Source: Vezdaea acicularis (Eukaryota). Taken from it: a DNA stretch of 20,000 nucleotides. This document shows, one piece after another, positions 1 through 9,788 of this stretch; position 1 is the first letter of the stretch; each line of letters starts with the position of its first letter. Made by a program: the position numbers and the translations under genes. The stretch is from NCBI GenBank assembly GCA_026025075.1, contig JAPEUI010000088.1:48463-68462 (forward strand), written 5' to 3'. The notes under the pieces are model-generated. The model ran no database searches and was not told the origin of the DNA. It saw only the letters and a program-made list of their open reading frames with translations.

Positions 1-1565
1 CAACTCATACACAAGCAGTGGGCTTCTCCGAACCTCGTTCGCTCTTTCGACGTTGTTGGCAATGCTCTTCCGAAACTCCGAAGTGTCCCCAGTGCCCTGA
101 AGGGCAACAATGTTATTTCACATCCCAGTCTTGCAATAGCTGCGTCTCGGCATATTGTCAGAAAGTCACGCAACCAACTCTCAGTCCGTCTGGTAGCGGT
201 AGCAGCGGTGGTGGAAGTAACGCTGGTGCCATCGCTGGGGGTGTGGTAGGAGGCGTGGCTGTAGTGGCCCTCGTTACATTCTTCGTGTGGAAGTTCTGCA
301 TCAAAAATCGTCGACAAGAGTATGAAGATGACAACTGGGTCTCCGAGGTGGCTACGACTACGGACGAGAAGAGCCAAGACGACTTCACACACCGGAGAGA
401 CGCCAGGGCATCCACGCACACCGTTGGATCTATCGCATCAACGGTACTTACGAGGGCCTCCAATATCATACAAATCGCCTACATTCCCGGAGTGACGAAT
501 CGATCTCCACCCTCCACACCAGGCTTACTCGTACCGCCTGTGCCCCCTTTGCCATCCCAGTCTCCCGGCCTTTCCGCGGCATCAACCCCTACATTCCAAG
601 AACAGCACTTCTTCATGCCTTCTGACCTCAGAGACTCGACATGGTCTGGTACCACTGGCGACACGCGGAGCGTGGCCCGAACCAGCGTCACACCGAGTCT
701 CGCGCGCGATAGTGTGGCAACCACTATCTACCGTAACAACGCCATTATCGACCCTCTCCCCGCTCAAACGGTCATTCGAGGTAAAGCGGCCGTCGTCAGC
801 GTCAAGTCCAGCGGTGCCAACACTCCCGATGAGATTCCATCTACACCCGCACCACCAGTGCCTCACATCGACTACCTCCGCCACGGTGAACGCGGTCTCA
901 ACGTCCACGGCCCCTTCTCCGACCAACCACCCCTAAGCCCCTCCTTCTCCGTCAACTCTGCATTTATGGACAGCACGGCCAACACCGCCAAAGCCGTGAC
1001 CGCGCGCCCTGTCAAAGTAACCAAGATGACCCGCGGCCCCACCTCCGCCCCCTTCCAACATGACCCGGCCGGCATCCCCCACCGCACCGATTCCACCCTC
1101 TCCGACCGTACGACGCACTCGCGCGCACTCCGCCACGACGGCCAAACCTCCGCCCTTGACGAAGTCTCCTCCGAAGACTCGGAAGACGACAACCACGCGC
1201 GCGCCCGCCGCTCTCTCCTCGCCGAGAACGACCCCACCCGCGCCCACAACGTGAAAACGATCTATTCCGACCACACGGAGGACTCGAGCCCCTTTGGCGA
1301 CCAGGCCGCTGCCGCCTCGCCCGGCATCCGTCCCGCCAGCCTGGCCCGCGGCTCGCTCGACTCGCATCGTACCTCCATCGCCGAGAAGGCTAAGCTGGAC
1401 GAGAAGAAACCCGCGCACAAGGCCAGCGGCAGCCTAAGCGCCGTCATCGAAGAGGGCATGCGTCGCGCCAGCCGGCAGCCCACCCACGGCGGCTTGGGCA
1501 GCATGAGGCGCGATAACAGCCCCTTCTCGGACGAGTACGAGGTCAAGGGGAAAGGCATGATATAG
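1..1565 (+). CDS. OPY2: Opy2-like single-pass membrane anchor of the HOG/filamentous-growth MAPK pathways; 5'-partial, no intron seen
   Basis: The frame is open from the window edge, so the GTG at 18 is probably not the real start. The N-terminal Cys-rich segment (CWQC..CPQCPEGQQC....QSCNSC..AYC) is followed by a Ser/Gly linker, a TM helix (GAIAGGVVGGVAVVALVTFFVW) and the Opy2-type cytoplasmic motif 'STVLTRASNIIQIAYIPGV'. TAG stop at 1563-1565. Confidence 0.85.
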   Translation, partial: THTQAVGFSEPRSLFRRCWQCSSETPKCPQCPEGQQCYFTSQSCNSCVSAYCQKVTQPTLSPSGSGSSGGGSNAGAIAGGVVGGVAVVALVTFFVWKFCIKNRRQEYEDDNWVSEVATTTDEKSQDDFTHRRDARASTHTVGSIASTVLTRASNIIQIAYIPGVTNRSPPSTPGLLVPPVPPLPSQSPGLSAASTPTFQEQHFFMPSDLRDSTWSGTTGDTRSVARTSVTPSLARDSVATTIYRNNAIIDPLPAQTVIRGKAAVVSVKSSGANTPDEIPSTPAPPVPHIDYLRHGERGLNVHGPFSDQPPLSPSFSVNSAFMDSTANTAKAVTARPVKVTKMTRGPTSAPFQHDPAGIPHRTDSTLSDRTTHSRALRHDGQTSALDEVSSEDSEDDNHARARRSLLAENDPTRAHNVKTIYSDHTEDSSPFGDQAAAASPGIRPASLARGSLDSHRTSIAEKAKLDEKKPAHKASGSLSAVIEEGMRRASRQPTHGGLGSMRRDNSPFSDEYEVKGKGMI

Positions 1566-1783
1566 CCTCGGAACGTGCTTTTCGCGGGGGTGGATGGATG
1601 CATCTGTGGTTTTTTTTTCTTTCCCTCTACACGGTTCTGGGTTGGATATTCAAGCGGTGTCGGGCGTGCTACGGTGGTGTGCTCCAGATGGAAGTCACCC
1701 GGGTCTGATTTTTTCTTCTTTTCTTCCCCATCATCCCTTTTTGTGTTCTATTCTCTTCATTTCCCTCCACACCACCCTTTGAG

Positions 1784-1810
1784 ACGCGCACGCGCGCACG
1801 CGCGCACGCG
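1784..1810. repeat. 27-bp perfectly alternating purine/pyrimidine tract, about (GCGCACGC)x3
   Basis: Read directly: acgcgcacgcgcgcacgcgcgcacgcg, downstream of the OPY2 stop. Confidence 0.85.
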
Positions 1811-2387
1811 GCTGTCGACTCTGGTTCCCGCACTCTGCACATTTTTCCTTTCCTCCGTCCTCCCACTCCCGTGTTGGAAACTCTTTCCTTTTCCGCCCCC
1901 CCCCCCCTTTCAAACTTCTTAGAGCAATGGAAAATCAATCACAATATAAAGTACTCTCTCCCGCTCGAACCTACTTCGTGATAAACCCTTTCAACCCTTT
2001 ATGGTCTCTTGATGCCGCGCTGGCGTGTAGAAGATACTGCTATGTGATTCATGAAAGGCTGTAGAGTATGCATGAAGTTGTACTCTAGGTCTGTGCGTTT
2101 TGAGTATTTGGTCTTACCGCGTATAAGGCTGGCGGGTCCGAGAACGAGGCGACGAGGGCGAGGGAGGTTGGGAGGTTAGGAGTCCTCCCCACGCTCTACA
2201 GCATCGCACAACCGACCCCGTCACGCACAAAACACATCAAATCACCACAATTGCAAACAACTTTCGGATCTAACTTTTTATATTTCTCTAAGTGTGCGCC
2301 CCTTCCTTTCCCCCTTACCTAGTATAGAAATACGGCAAGGAAAGCCAAAAAAAAGAGTAAGAGCACCGCCGCCAACGCCGTTCCGGT

Positions 2388-2524
2388 AATGAGCAATGAG
2401 CAATGAGCAAAGAGCAAAAAGGGATGGGATAGCGAGAGGGGGAGGTACAGTGGGATAAGGAAATTGTACGCCGGGGGACCGAGATGCTGACGATGATGAT
2501 GGGGATGAGGATGGGGATGGGGAT
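2388..2524. repeat. Short tandem repeats: (AATGAGC)x3 at about 2388-2408 and GAT/GATGGG runs at about 2485-2524
   Basis: Read directly: aatgagcaatgagcaatgagcaaagagcaaa and gatgctgacgatgatgatggggatgaggatggggatggggat. Confidence 0.75.
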
Positions 2525-3092
2525 GTGAAATGAAATGTGTGGGAGGGGGAAAGGTGGTACAGGGTGTAGGCAGAACAGCAAAGGGGGCACAATCGGAATA
2601 CAGGAAGTGCATGAAAACCAAAACGCCAGGAAGAAAGGCAGAGGAAACACAAACCAAAAACACCGTGTGAGTAGGACAAGGAAAAAAGACGCGCCGCACT
2701 GCTCCTGTGTATGATTCCTAACACGCCAGTTCTCGAGAAAGGGGAAAAGAAGGACGCCGTCGCCGCACGCGAAGGTATAGTCCCGTACACGTGTACGCCA
2801 CGAAACCGTGAAAAGCTCGCGCGCCTTGAAGCATAAATTGATAACGCTATCCGATACGGAGACGCCGGGAATGCTTGCGAGGTTCGCCGAGACCGTTCCA
2901 CTTGATACAGTGGAAGCCGTGATGCAAAAAGAGAGGGGGAGGGAAGGGGCGAAATTTGTCAACGCCGGACTCCGGACGCCAGGGGGAGGGGGGCGCCATG
3001 TAGAAGGGAGGATGATATGGAGACAGGACCGCCAACGCCAAACGCCGGACGCGGTATGCAGAGGGGAAGGTACAAAAGGTCGGGTGAATGTC

Positions 3093-3933
3093 CTATAGGC
3101 CTATGGAGGAGTACCTCCTCTTCTTCTCGTCCTTCTTCCACTGATCATACTCGCGCGTTCCCTTCTTCGGAATGTTTTTAACGTGCACGGTGCGGCGATG
3201 TTCCACCAGATGATCTTGTCTCTTGAAGCCGTTTTCGCCGACTCTATTACAGTTCTTGTCGGGGCAGTCGAACAGGTACTGAGGATTGTGCGTGTCCTTG
3301 TAATGACGGTCTAGATCAGCGGCGCGCCTGAACTTTCCGTGTGTAGCACATCCCTTGTAGAGGCAGACGAATTGTTTATCTTTGTTCACCCTTTCAAAAG
3401 GTTAGTTGGAAGGCATTCTGAACCAATTTGACCAATGATGCATGCGGCGCCTACCTTTGATTGCAAAGCACGGTATATGGAAGGTTTTCATTGGGTTCGT
3501 AACCTGGCTTTAATTGGTAATAGCTTGGATATGGATCTTCACGCTGGATGAGATCATAAAATTGCGTGTTGAAGTCAGAAGCGGGCTGAATAGAACCCTT
3601 GTCGACTGCGTACACAGATTCAGTCGGACTCATGGCATCACTGTACGGAGTGAGAGGGGAACCGGCCAGGTCCTCCATATTTGAACTGGTTCGTGACATC
3701 TCCTGGGTATAGCTATTCGTCCGCTCCGATCTAGTTTGACTGTCGTAACCACTTCCGTAAGAATCACCCGAGTACGATATCGACATTTTTTGGCTTCCAG
3801 TAGTATTGTCTAGAGGAAACGATGGATCCACGGCCTCTATTGGGTAATACAAGTGAGCAGAAGACTCAGTAGGTTGATTCCAAGCCTGGTACGTAGGAGT
3901 GGAGCCCCATGTATAATTATAAGAGGAGCCCAT
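3093..3933 (-). CDS. C2H2 zinc-finger protein (putative transcription factor), 258 aa; exons 3933-3455 and 3390-3093
   Basis: Intron 3391-3454 (GTAGGC...CTAAC...AAG) joins the two ORFs in frame (LCNQR|VNKDKQFVC). Two tandem C-terminal fingers: CLYKGC...FRRAADLDRHYKDTH and CPDKNC...GFKRQDHLVEHRRTVH. The N-terminus is Ser/Tyr-rich. An in-frame TGA at 3994-3996 lies upstream of the ATG at 3933. Confidence 0.85.
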
Positions 3934-4010
3934 CCCGCAGTTCTGTTTTGCCTGCCGTGCACGGTATCTATGAAGAGTGGACGAACCAGAATATCAGGAG
4001 AGATGAAGCG

Positions 4011-4071
4011 CTGTGAAACCAATTGTTAGATATGAATGACGGCTACGACAGTAGTTATATTAATACCTCAC
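4011..4071 (-). other. Probable 5'UTR intron of the C2H2 gene
   Basis: Minus strand reads GTGAGG...CTAAC...CACAG, 61 nt, matching the size and signals of the coding introns in this window. Confidence 0.6.
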
Positions 4072-5476
4072 GACGATCTGCTCCAGGAGACAACAGCGAT
4101 AAGCCAAGGATGGTGTTCGTCAAAGTTATATCTTAAGCCTTTGAAGTAGCTCGGGCGTGTCAGGGGCAGCAAGCTTTAAGCATCTAACAGTACCGCCTCA
4201 AACACGCAAAGCTAGAGCCCTCATAGAGCACTATGAGGCGCCGCCTTAGTACTAGACGGAGGCAGGGGCACGACCGGCTGCACGGCTTTGATCAGGATCG
4301 AGAGATTCTGGCATCTGGGAGCCGGAAAGCAAGAAAAAACAACGACACGACCGCATGCATTTCAAGAGGGGGGGTTGAGGAGGGACGCGTTCTGCCACTT
4401 GAGGCGGAAGGCGGTCAGGCAGTCCAGTATCTTGCCATAGCCTCATTGCGACTGGCCTCAATATCTTAAGGCGACCCGTAGCGATCACACTACTAGCCCT
4501 ACTGGGTCTGTCCTGGATCTGTCCTGGGGTCCAACATTGGCCAGTCATAGAGTCCCCCCGAAGCTGTCCGGCCGTTCGCGCGCTACCGCAAAGCCTCTTA
4601 GTTACCGAGTGCGGGCATTCTGAACATTTGAAGTACGCCTCGCGTTCAGCATGCAATCAGTGTGTAAGATGAGCAGGGATTGCTGGCGATTTGACAGCCC
4701 CGTAATCCAAATGAGAAAGACCATTGATCGCGGAGGATGCAAAGCTGGATGACAGCAACGGTAAGACGCGTGGTAAACAAGCGCCCCTCCAGAAAGTGGA
4801 TGCCAGATAATCGTTACAAGGAACTTGTGACAAGAACATCGACTGACCGGACAGACAGGAAGAGCAACAAGGATCGGATAACTAGCACATAAGAAAAGAG
4901 CTGAGACGTTATTGGATGCCTTGCTACTGTTCAGGACCGGAGGTAGCCTCGTGTGGGCTTAAAGGCGCCACGGTCCGCGTCCGTCCGGTTAGGAAGCTCC
5001 ATGGGGAATGCGAATTGAGTGCTCCGCCGTCTGGTCCGTACTCGCGGTCGCAAGCCATGTCGCAAGTCTTGTGCCTGTGCCCAAAGCAGTCCGATTGCGC
5101 CATGTCCTGTTGTTGCCATAGTCTCGTGACCCCCGTCTTCTAGAAGGCCATATCATCCGTAGTAGCCAGCGAGCAGCAGTGCGTAGAGCAGATTTGACCT
5201 CGGTGTTTCGTGAGGCGAGCGTGCACTACCAGGTGAAGACCGAGGGAAAAAGGGATATCCGCGAACGGTCTATTCGTCGTACAGATACTCCATCGATGGA
5301 GCGGCACCGGCCTCCGAGAAAAGGCAGTGCCGGTTGGCAATGTTGATAGTCTGTGAGAACTAAAGCACATAGTGGGTCGAGGCATCAAGGCACTCTTAAA
5401 TCCAGCCTGAATGCGGGCATCATTGCTATCAATTGTGTTGATTGGATCTGATATGTTGACGATCTTGATGCCAACT

Positions 5477-5865
5477 CATGGATTCCTCAACATGATCAAC
5501 GTGTTCCCAATCCACGACATGGACTTGAGGCGAGATCGTCCACAGCGTGCGAACCATCGAGCCCGAGGAGGCAATCAAGAAGGGCTGGATCTATTGGTAA
5601 AGGGTGTTCAGCGAGGATGGTGGGGTCCCTTTAGCGGACTTCGCCGTGTGTGCACAGCGATGGCGCCCTCGTGGCAGGTTTAGGCGGCTCGCTTGTTCCA
5701 GGCAACAATTTGCGCCCTTCAAACCCAACAGCCTTGTCCACCACACGGATCCGCCTCACTTGGGATCGCGGATTGGAGCATCCGCAGAATACGAAGGGGG
5801 CTATGATATGCGAAAGTATGTCCTTGACGGGGTCGGGGCCTGTTTTGGCTATGGAGAACCTATGA
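5477..5865 (+). pseudogene. Probable decayed gene fragment of unknown family, with a frameshift and a relic intron
   Basis: Codons are strongly G/C-ending in HGFLNMINVFPIHDMDL and, after a frame change near 5528, in GEIVHSVRTIEPEEAIKKGWIY. A 61-nt GTAAAG...GCGGAC...CAG segment (5597-5657) splices in frame to C-DGALVAGLGGSLVPGNN. Confidence 0.45.
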
Positions 5866-6148
5866 GAATGCAACATTGGCTACACGGCCTATGACTTGGC
5901 ATGAGATTCGCGGGCGGTCGATGCCCGAGCTAAAGTGCTTGGTGGCTGCTGAGGAATGGAGTTTTAGCCCATTCACTCAGAGCAAATGATACTTCATTAT
6001 ACGAAGATCACAGCGGCTATGTAATAGCTGAGCTCATAAGCTCTCTAGAGCGGAATGTTTAACAGGGGGCCAACCATTCGCCCCTGATCAAGTATCCACG
6101 AGCCTCTCTATTCCCTTATCGATTAGAAGCCAGCCCAAACAACATATA

Positions 6149-8359
6149 CTACAGATCATCCTCAAGAAACTTGTACGCGAATTTGAAGTCCGGCTTTCGA
6201 CGATTCATCCTGTCAGACGAAATGTATAGATCAGCAACTTTCGATCAAGTGAGATTTGAGATTAGACTAACCATGTGCTCTCGTAGTCGAAGAAACGATA
6301 CGTTCCTTGCTCATACTCTTCTGTGATTGTCTTAGGCTCTTCGTGTCGTTGAAACCAGGTTTGATACTGTTTGTGAAACCTCCAGCTCTGCCCCTTAAGT
6401 GATTTGGCGGCAAGATATTGCTGGTATGTGTTTTGACGATAATAGAAGACGTAGAAGAGCGTGTCCGTATCTATACGAGAGTAAAGTCGTGGGTCATCGA
6501 ATATTGGTAGAGGTTCTTGCGGATAATGTGGCGGGGTGTTGTATCTAGTTTGAGGCTTATAGTGACGAGGTTTTTCTGCGTCGGTTGAATCAGGGCAATT
6601 GGCATGACTTGCGGCTAAGAGTCGCTGATTTGCGGTTGTCTGTGCACGCGTCACGCGAGTCTTCGTTGCTTCAAATGATTGTATCAGATCTTGTAATCCA
6701 GGTGGCAGATGATATATTGATTCATCGCTCTCCTCTTCATGCCTGCTGAATTTCGCAGAATCGCCATTTATTTGCGCAGCAGTTGACTTGCCTGTGGATG
6801 ATTCCGTGGGCTCATTCGAATGCGATTCATCTGCTCCAAGCGAGGGAGCTCTCGAGGCATTGCTTACGTTCGGCTCTGTTAGAACGGGCCCAGTTCTCGC
6901 TCCAGATGAGGCACTCTCGACCTTCTCTAAAGCTGGTGTTTGCGGAACGCTGCTGGCTACACTTCCAGCTTGAGGTATGCTGGCCTGGCTCATTGCAGGA
7001 GATTTTGCTTGAGTGGAAGATACTTGGGAATCTTCAAGAACGTTCGCAGGTATAGAAGAAGATGTTCTGGGCGGAGCCCCTTGACTGACTGATGCTGGAA
7101 CTGACGATGCAGTGTTGGGAGAGCTTGTGGAGCTTGCTTTAGAAGCACCCGCTGGAGGTAGTGGGGCCAGTCCTGCTATGGCAGTTGAAGGAGAAGGTCC
7201 AGTACCTGGTGGGGGAGGAAGTGGTGCTATCCCAACGTTACTTTTATCGCTTGCCGCTGCCGCTGCCGCTGCGGAAGCATATTTCAAAGTTTCCCCAGGC
7301 GCTCGTGTTGGCAATGGCGCCGGCTTCATATTACTTGTATTTGTATTATTAGCTACACTAGATGTAGGATTGTGTAGGGTCGCAAGGGTCGGCAAAGGAG
7401 ATTTCGTGTGCATTGACGGTCTTCGAACGGCGGATCCCGTACTTTCTGATATCGATGGTGCTTTTTGTTTACCTGTAGCTCCGCCACCTCGAGTATCAGT
7501 GTCAGGGGCATCATCTTGTATCGATTGTGCATCCTGTGAAGAGGCCCGATCCATATCGTTGGTCATCCCGAAAGCATTCTCTTCCTCTTCCAGGTTTAAC
7601 TCATCATAGATTGCATCGTCCTCCATAAAGTCTGGGTCATCCGTATTGCTGGTTACGTAATATCGTATGCTTTCCTCTATTGCCATGACCTGCTCTGGCT
7701 CTAGATTGCCGTTTTCAAGTAGACGTAATATGAGCTCTAACTTTGTTTGATGCCACTTGTGCCGCTCCACCTTCTCTTCGATCTCCGCCAGCCGATTCGC
7801 CTTCGCTAGATCTTTCTTGCCTTTCTTTACCGTCACTTGCAGCCCTTCGGATTCGACTTCTATTGTTTCGATCTGCCGCTCTAGGTCCTCGACCATGCTT
7901 GACACAAATTGGCACGCCTCAAGCTTCTCTTTCTCTTTTGGATCGAGTTTTGCCGCGGCAGAGAGCCCCTCTTTTGAGTATGCTTTCGTTTTCATCTCTT
8001 TCTCGACGGCTTTGAACTTCTCCATTTGCTATATTTAATGATCTTGTCAGTATGGGGAAATCTCTTATAAAGCCTGACTTTATTTAGGTCCGGCATTCAC
8101 ATACAGTCTCGATCAGTTTCCGCTGCTCTAGGAGCGGCTTCTTATCTTTGATTTCATTGCTAGCGGCCCATGTCTTAATCTGATCCCGTAGCCGCTGTAG
8201 CTTCTTAATCTCTCGTTTCAGGGCGTCTTCTAACTTCTCCTTTTGAGATGCATTCGACGATTGCTGTATCTTGTCGAATATGCCCTCAAACGCCTGAACG
8301 CCTTCCGAAACTTTCTTGAAGCAGCGGTCTACTTCTTGCTGCAGCTTCCGTTGTGCCAT
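6149..8359 (-). CDS. NOT3: CCR4-NOT complex subunit Not3/Not5, 690 aa; exons 8359-8105, 8028-6272, 6209-6149
   Basis: N-terminal Not3 domain ([17 protein letters not shown]...[17 protein letters not shown]...[24 protein letters not shown]). C-terminal NOT box (DTLFYVFYY...[22 protein letters not shown]...[13 protein letters not shown]). GT-AG introns 8029-8104 and 6210-6271 preserve the frame. Confidence 0.95.
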
Positions 8360-8625
8360 TCTGATTTGTATCGGCGCTGAGTAGTGATTGCGCTCGGGCA
8401 AGTCAGAGTAAACGTTGAACGTCAAGACAAGTGCAGGTTTGACTACAGCTTCTTCGTTCCACAGCCTTTGGGTGAAGGTTAGCAAGTCGCAGGGAGTAGT
8501 AGAGGCTTCGTTCTGAGATATTATCTTCGCCTTTTATGTATTGTGCCGTAACAGGCCTCTGGTGTTTAAGGACAAGGCGTTGCGCGTTGTTTCATTCGGT
8601 GAATGCCGAAAATAACAAAAGCGAA

Positions 8626-8654
8626 CCAATCAGAATGCTTCGTGCAATATAATT
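8626..8654 (+). promoter_or_regulatory. CCAAT box and TATA-like element in the divergent NOT3/fRMsr intergenic region
   Basis: AACCAATCAG (CCAAT at 8626-8630) matches the CBC/NF-Y consensus; TATAATT follows at 8648-8654. Confidence 0.4.
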
Positions 8655-8969
8655 CAGAATAAAATTCACGAGTCTTTACACAAGCTTTGGGTAAGCTCTT
8701 TAATCGCTTGATCTGCTGTCTCTTGTTATTTCTTGTCCTGATTCAGTAGTGTTTGAGTAAAACATCTGCCTCTTTTTCAACACACGAGGTTTTGATTACA
8801 ACTCACACGGTCTAACATATATGACACTGTGTCGTTGTGGTGATAGGCTAACAGATTCCAAGGCGTAGCGTATTTCGAAAAGCTGTTCACTTGAGAATTG
8901 TATCACGACATATCTGCAGCACCAGATAATCACATGAAGATAGATAAGGAGCGATAACAGGGCTTCAAT

Positions 8970-9660
8970 ATGGCATGCTGATGCGTCTGCAACACACTTC
9001 ATAGCGTACTGACGGGGTTAGGTGCACGCAGAAGCCTCCGACTTTCCCGTAGGTCTCAGTAAGGAAGAGGCATATAAACGGGTATTAGAAGCGGCTGATG
9101 CATTGTGTAAAGATCAGAGGAATTGGGTATGGTATTTTAGTTGTCGCTCTACAATATATGAGGATTTAATTGACCTGATCTTTGGGGGCCCAGCAACTTG
9201 GCAAATGCTGCATCGCTGCTCTATCATGCCTACAAAGCTCTTCCGCTTCCTTCAAGTCAAGTGAATTGGGCTGGATTCTACGTTGTCGATCCTAAAGATC
9301 CAGCTCAGCTCATTCTCGGGCCCTTTCAGGGTAAAGTAGCTTGCCAGACTATACGATTCTCGAGAGGCGTATGTGGCACAGCAGCTACCTCAAAGGAAAC
9401 GATAATGGTGAGCGATGTAGAAGCCTTTCCAGGCCATATCGCATGTGATGGGGACAGTAAGAGCGAAATTGTGGTCCCGGTAATTGTGGATAACAAGGTG
9501 AGTAACGCAGACTCGGAGAGCGCTACATTAGGGGCTAACAAGTATTGAGCTGGTTGCGATCATCGATATCGACTGTGCTGAGTTAAATGGCTTTAATGAA
9601 GTTGATGTGAATGCCCTGGAATCCCTGTCTACACTGCTTGCTCGCAGCTGTGACTGGTAA
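8970..9660 (+). CDS. GAF-domain free methionine-R-sulfoxide reductase (fRMsr/MsrC, yeast YKL069W-like), 175 aa; exons 8970-8972, 9022-9131, 9194-9497, 9550-9660
   Basis: Motifs NWVCNLANAASLL, VNWAGFY, LGPFQGKVAC, GVCG, PGHIACD..SKSEIVVP and VAIIDIDC, with the three Cys typical of fRMsr. Introns 8973-9021 (GC-AG), 9132-9193 and 9498-9549 (GAG acceptor) give a continuous 528-nt frame. Confidence 0.9.
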
Positions 9661-9788
9661 TGTGAATGCAAGACTGCAGCAGCCTAGATCGATTGCTCGT
9701 ATATGCAAAATCAAGAAGAACTGAAGTAATACTCTCTTGCGCCAACTCAGCTGGGTATATCTCGCACGAAATTTTGCCTTCACTTTTT

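Noticed and set aside
2278..2962. Overlapping minus-strand ORFs of 207, 215 and 126 aa
   Set aside because: They are low-complexity F/S/P/L-rich translations of a U/C-rich stretch that is open in all three frames because it is A-poor. No domain is recognisable, and a 3'UTR explains the region better.
4233..5388. Several short ORFs on both strands upstream of the C2H2 gene
   Set aside because: No recognisable motifs, codon bias or consistent splice model; likely promoter or intergenic DNA.
5411..5683. 90-aa ORF with a signal-peptide-like start (MRASLLSIVLIG)
   Set aside because: The hydrophobic stretch is short and the coding-like codon bias leaves this frame near 5528, so I treat it as part of the relic rather than a secreted peptide gene.
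5985..6032. ATGATA...CTGA resembling C/D-box snoRNA ends
   Set aside because: The C box is imperfect, the span is too short, and I could not recognise a terminal stem or rRNA-complementary guide.
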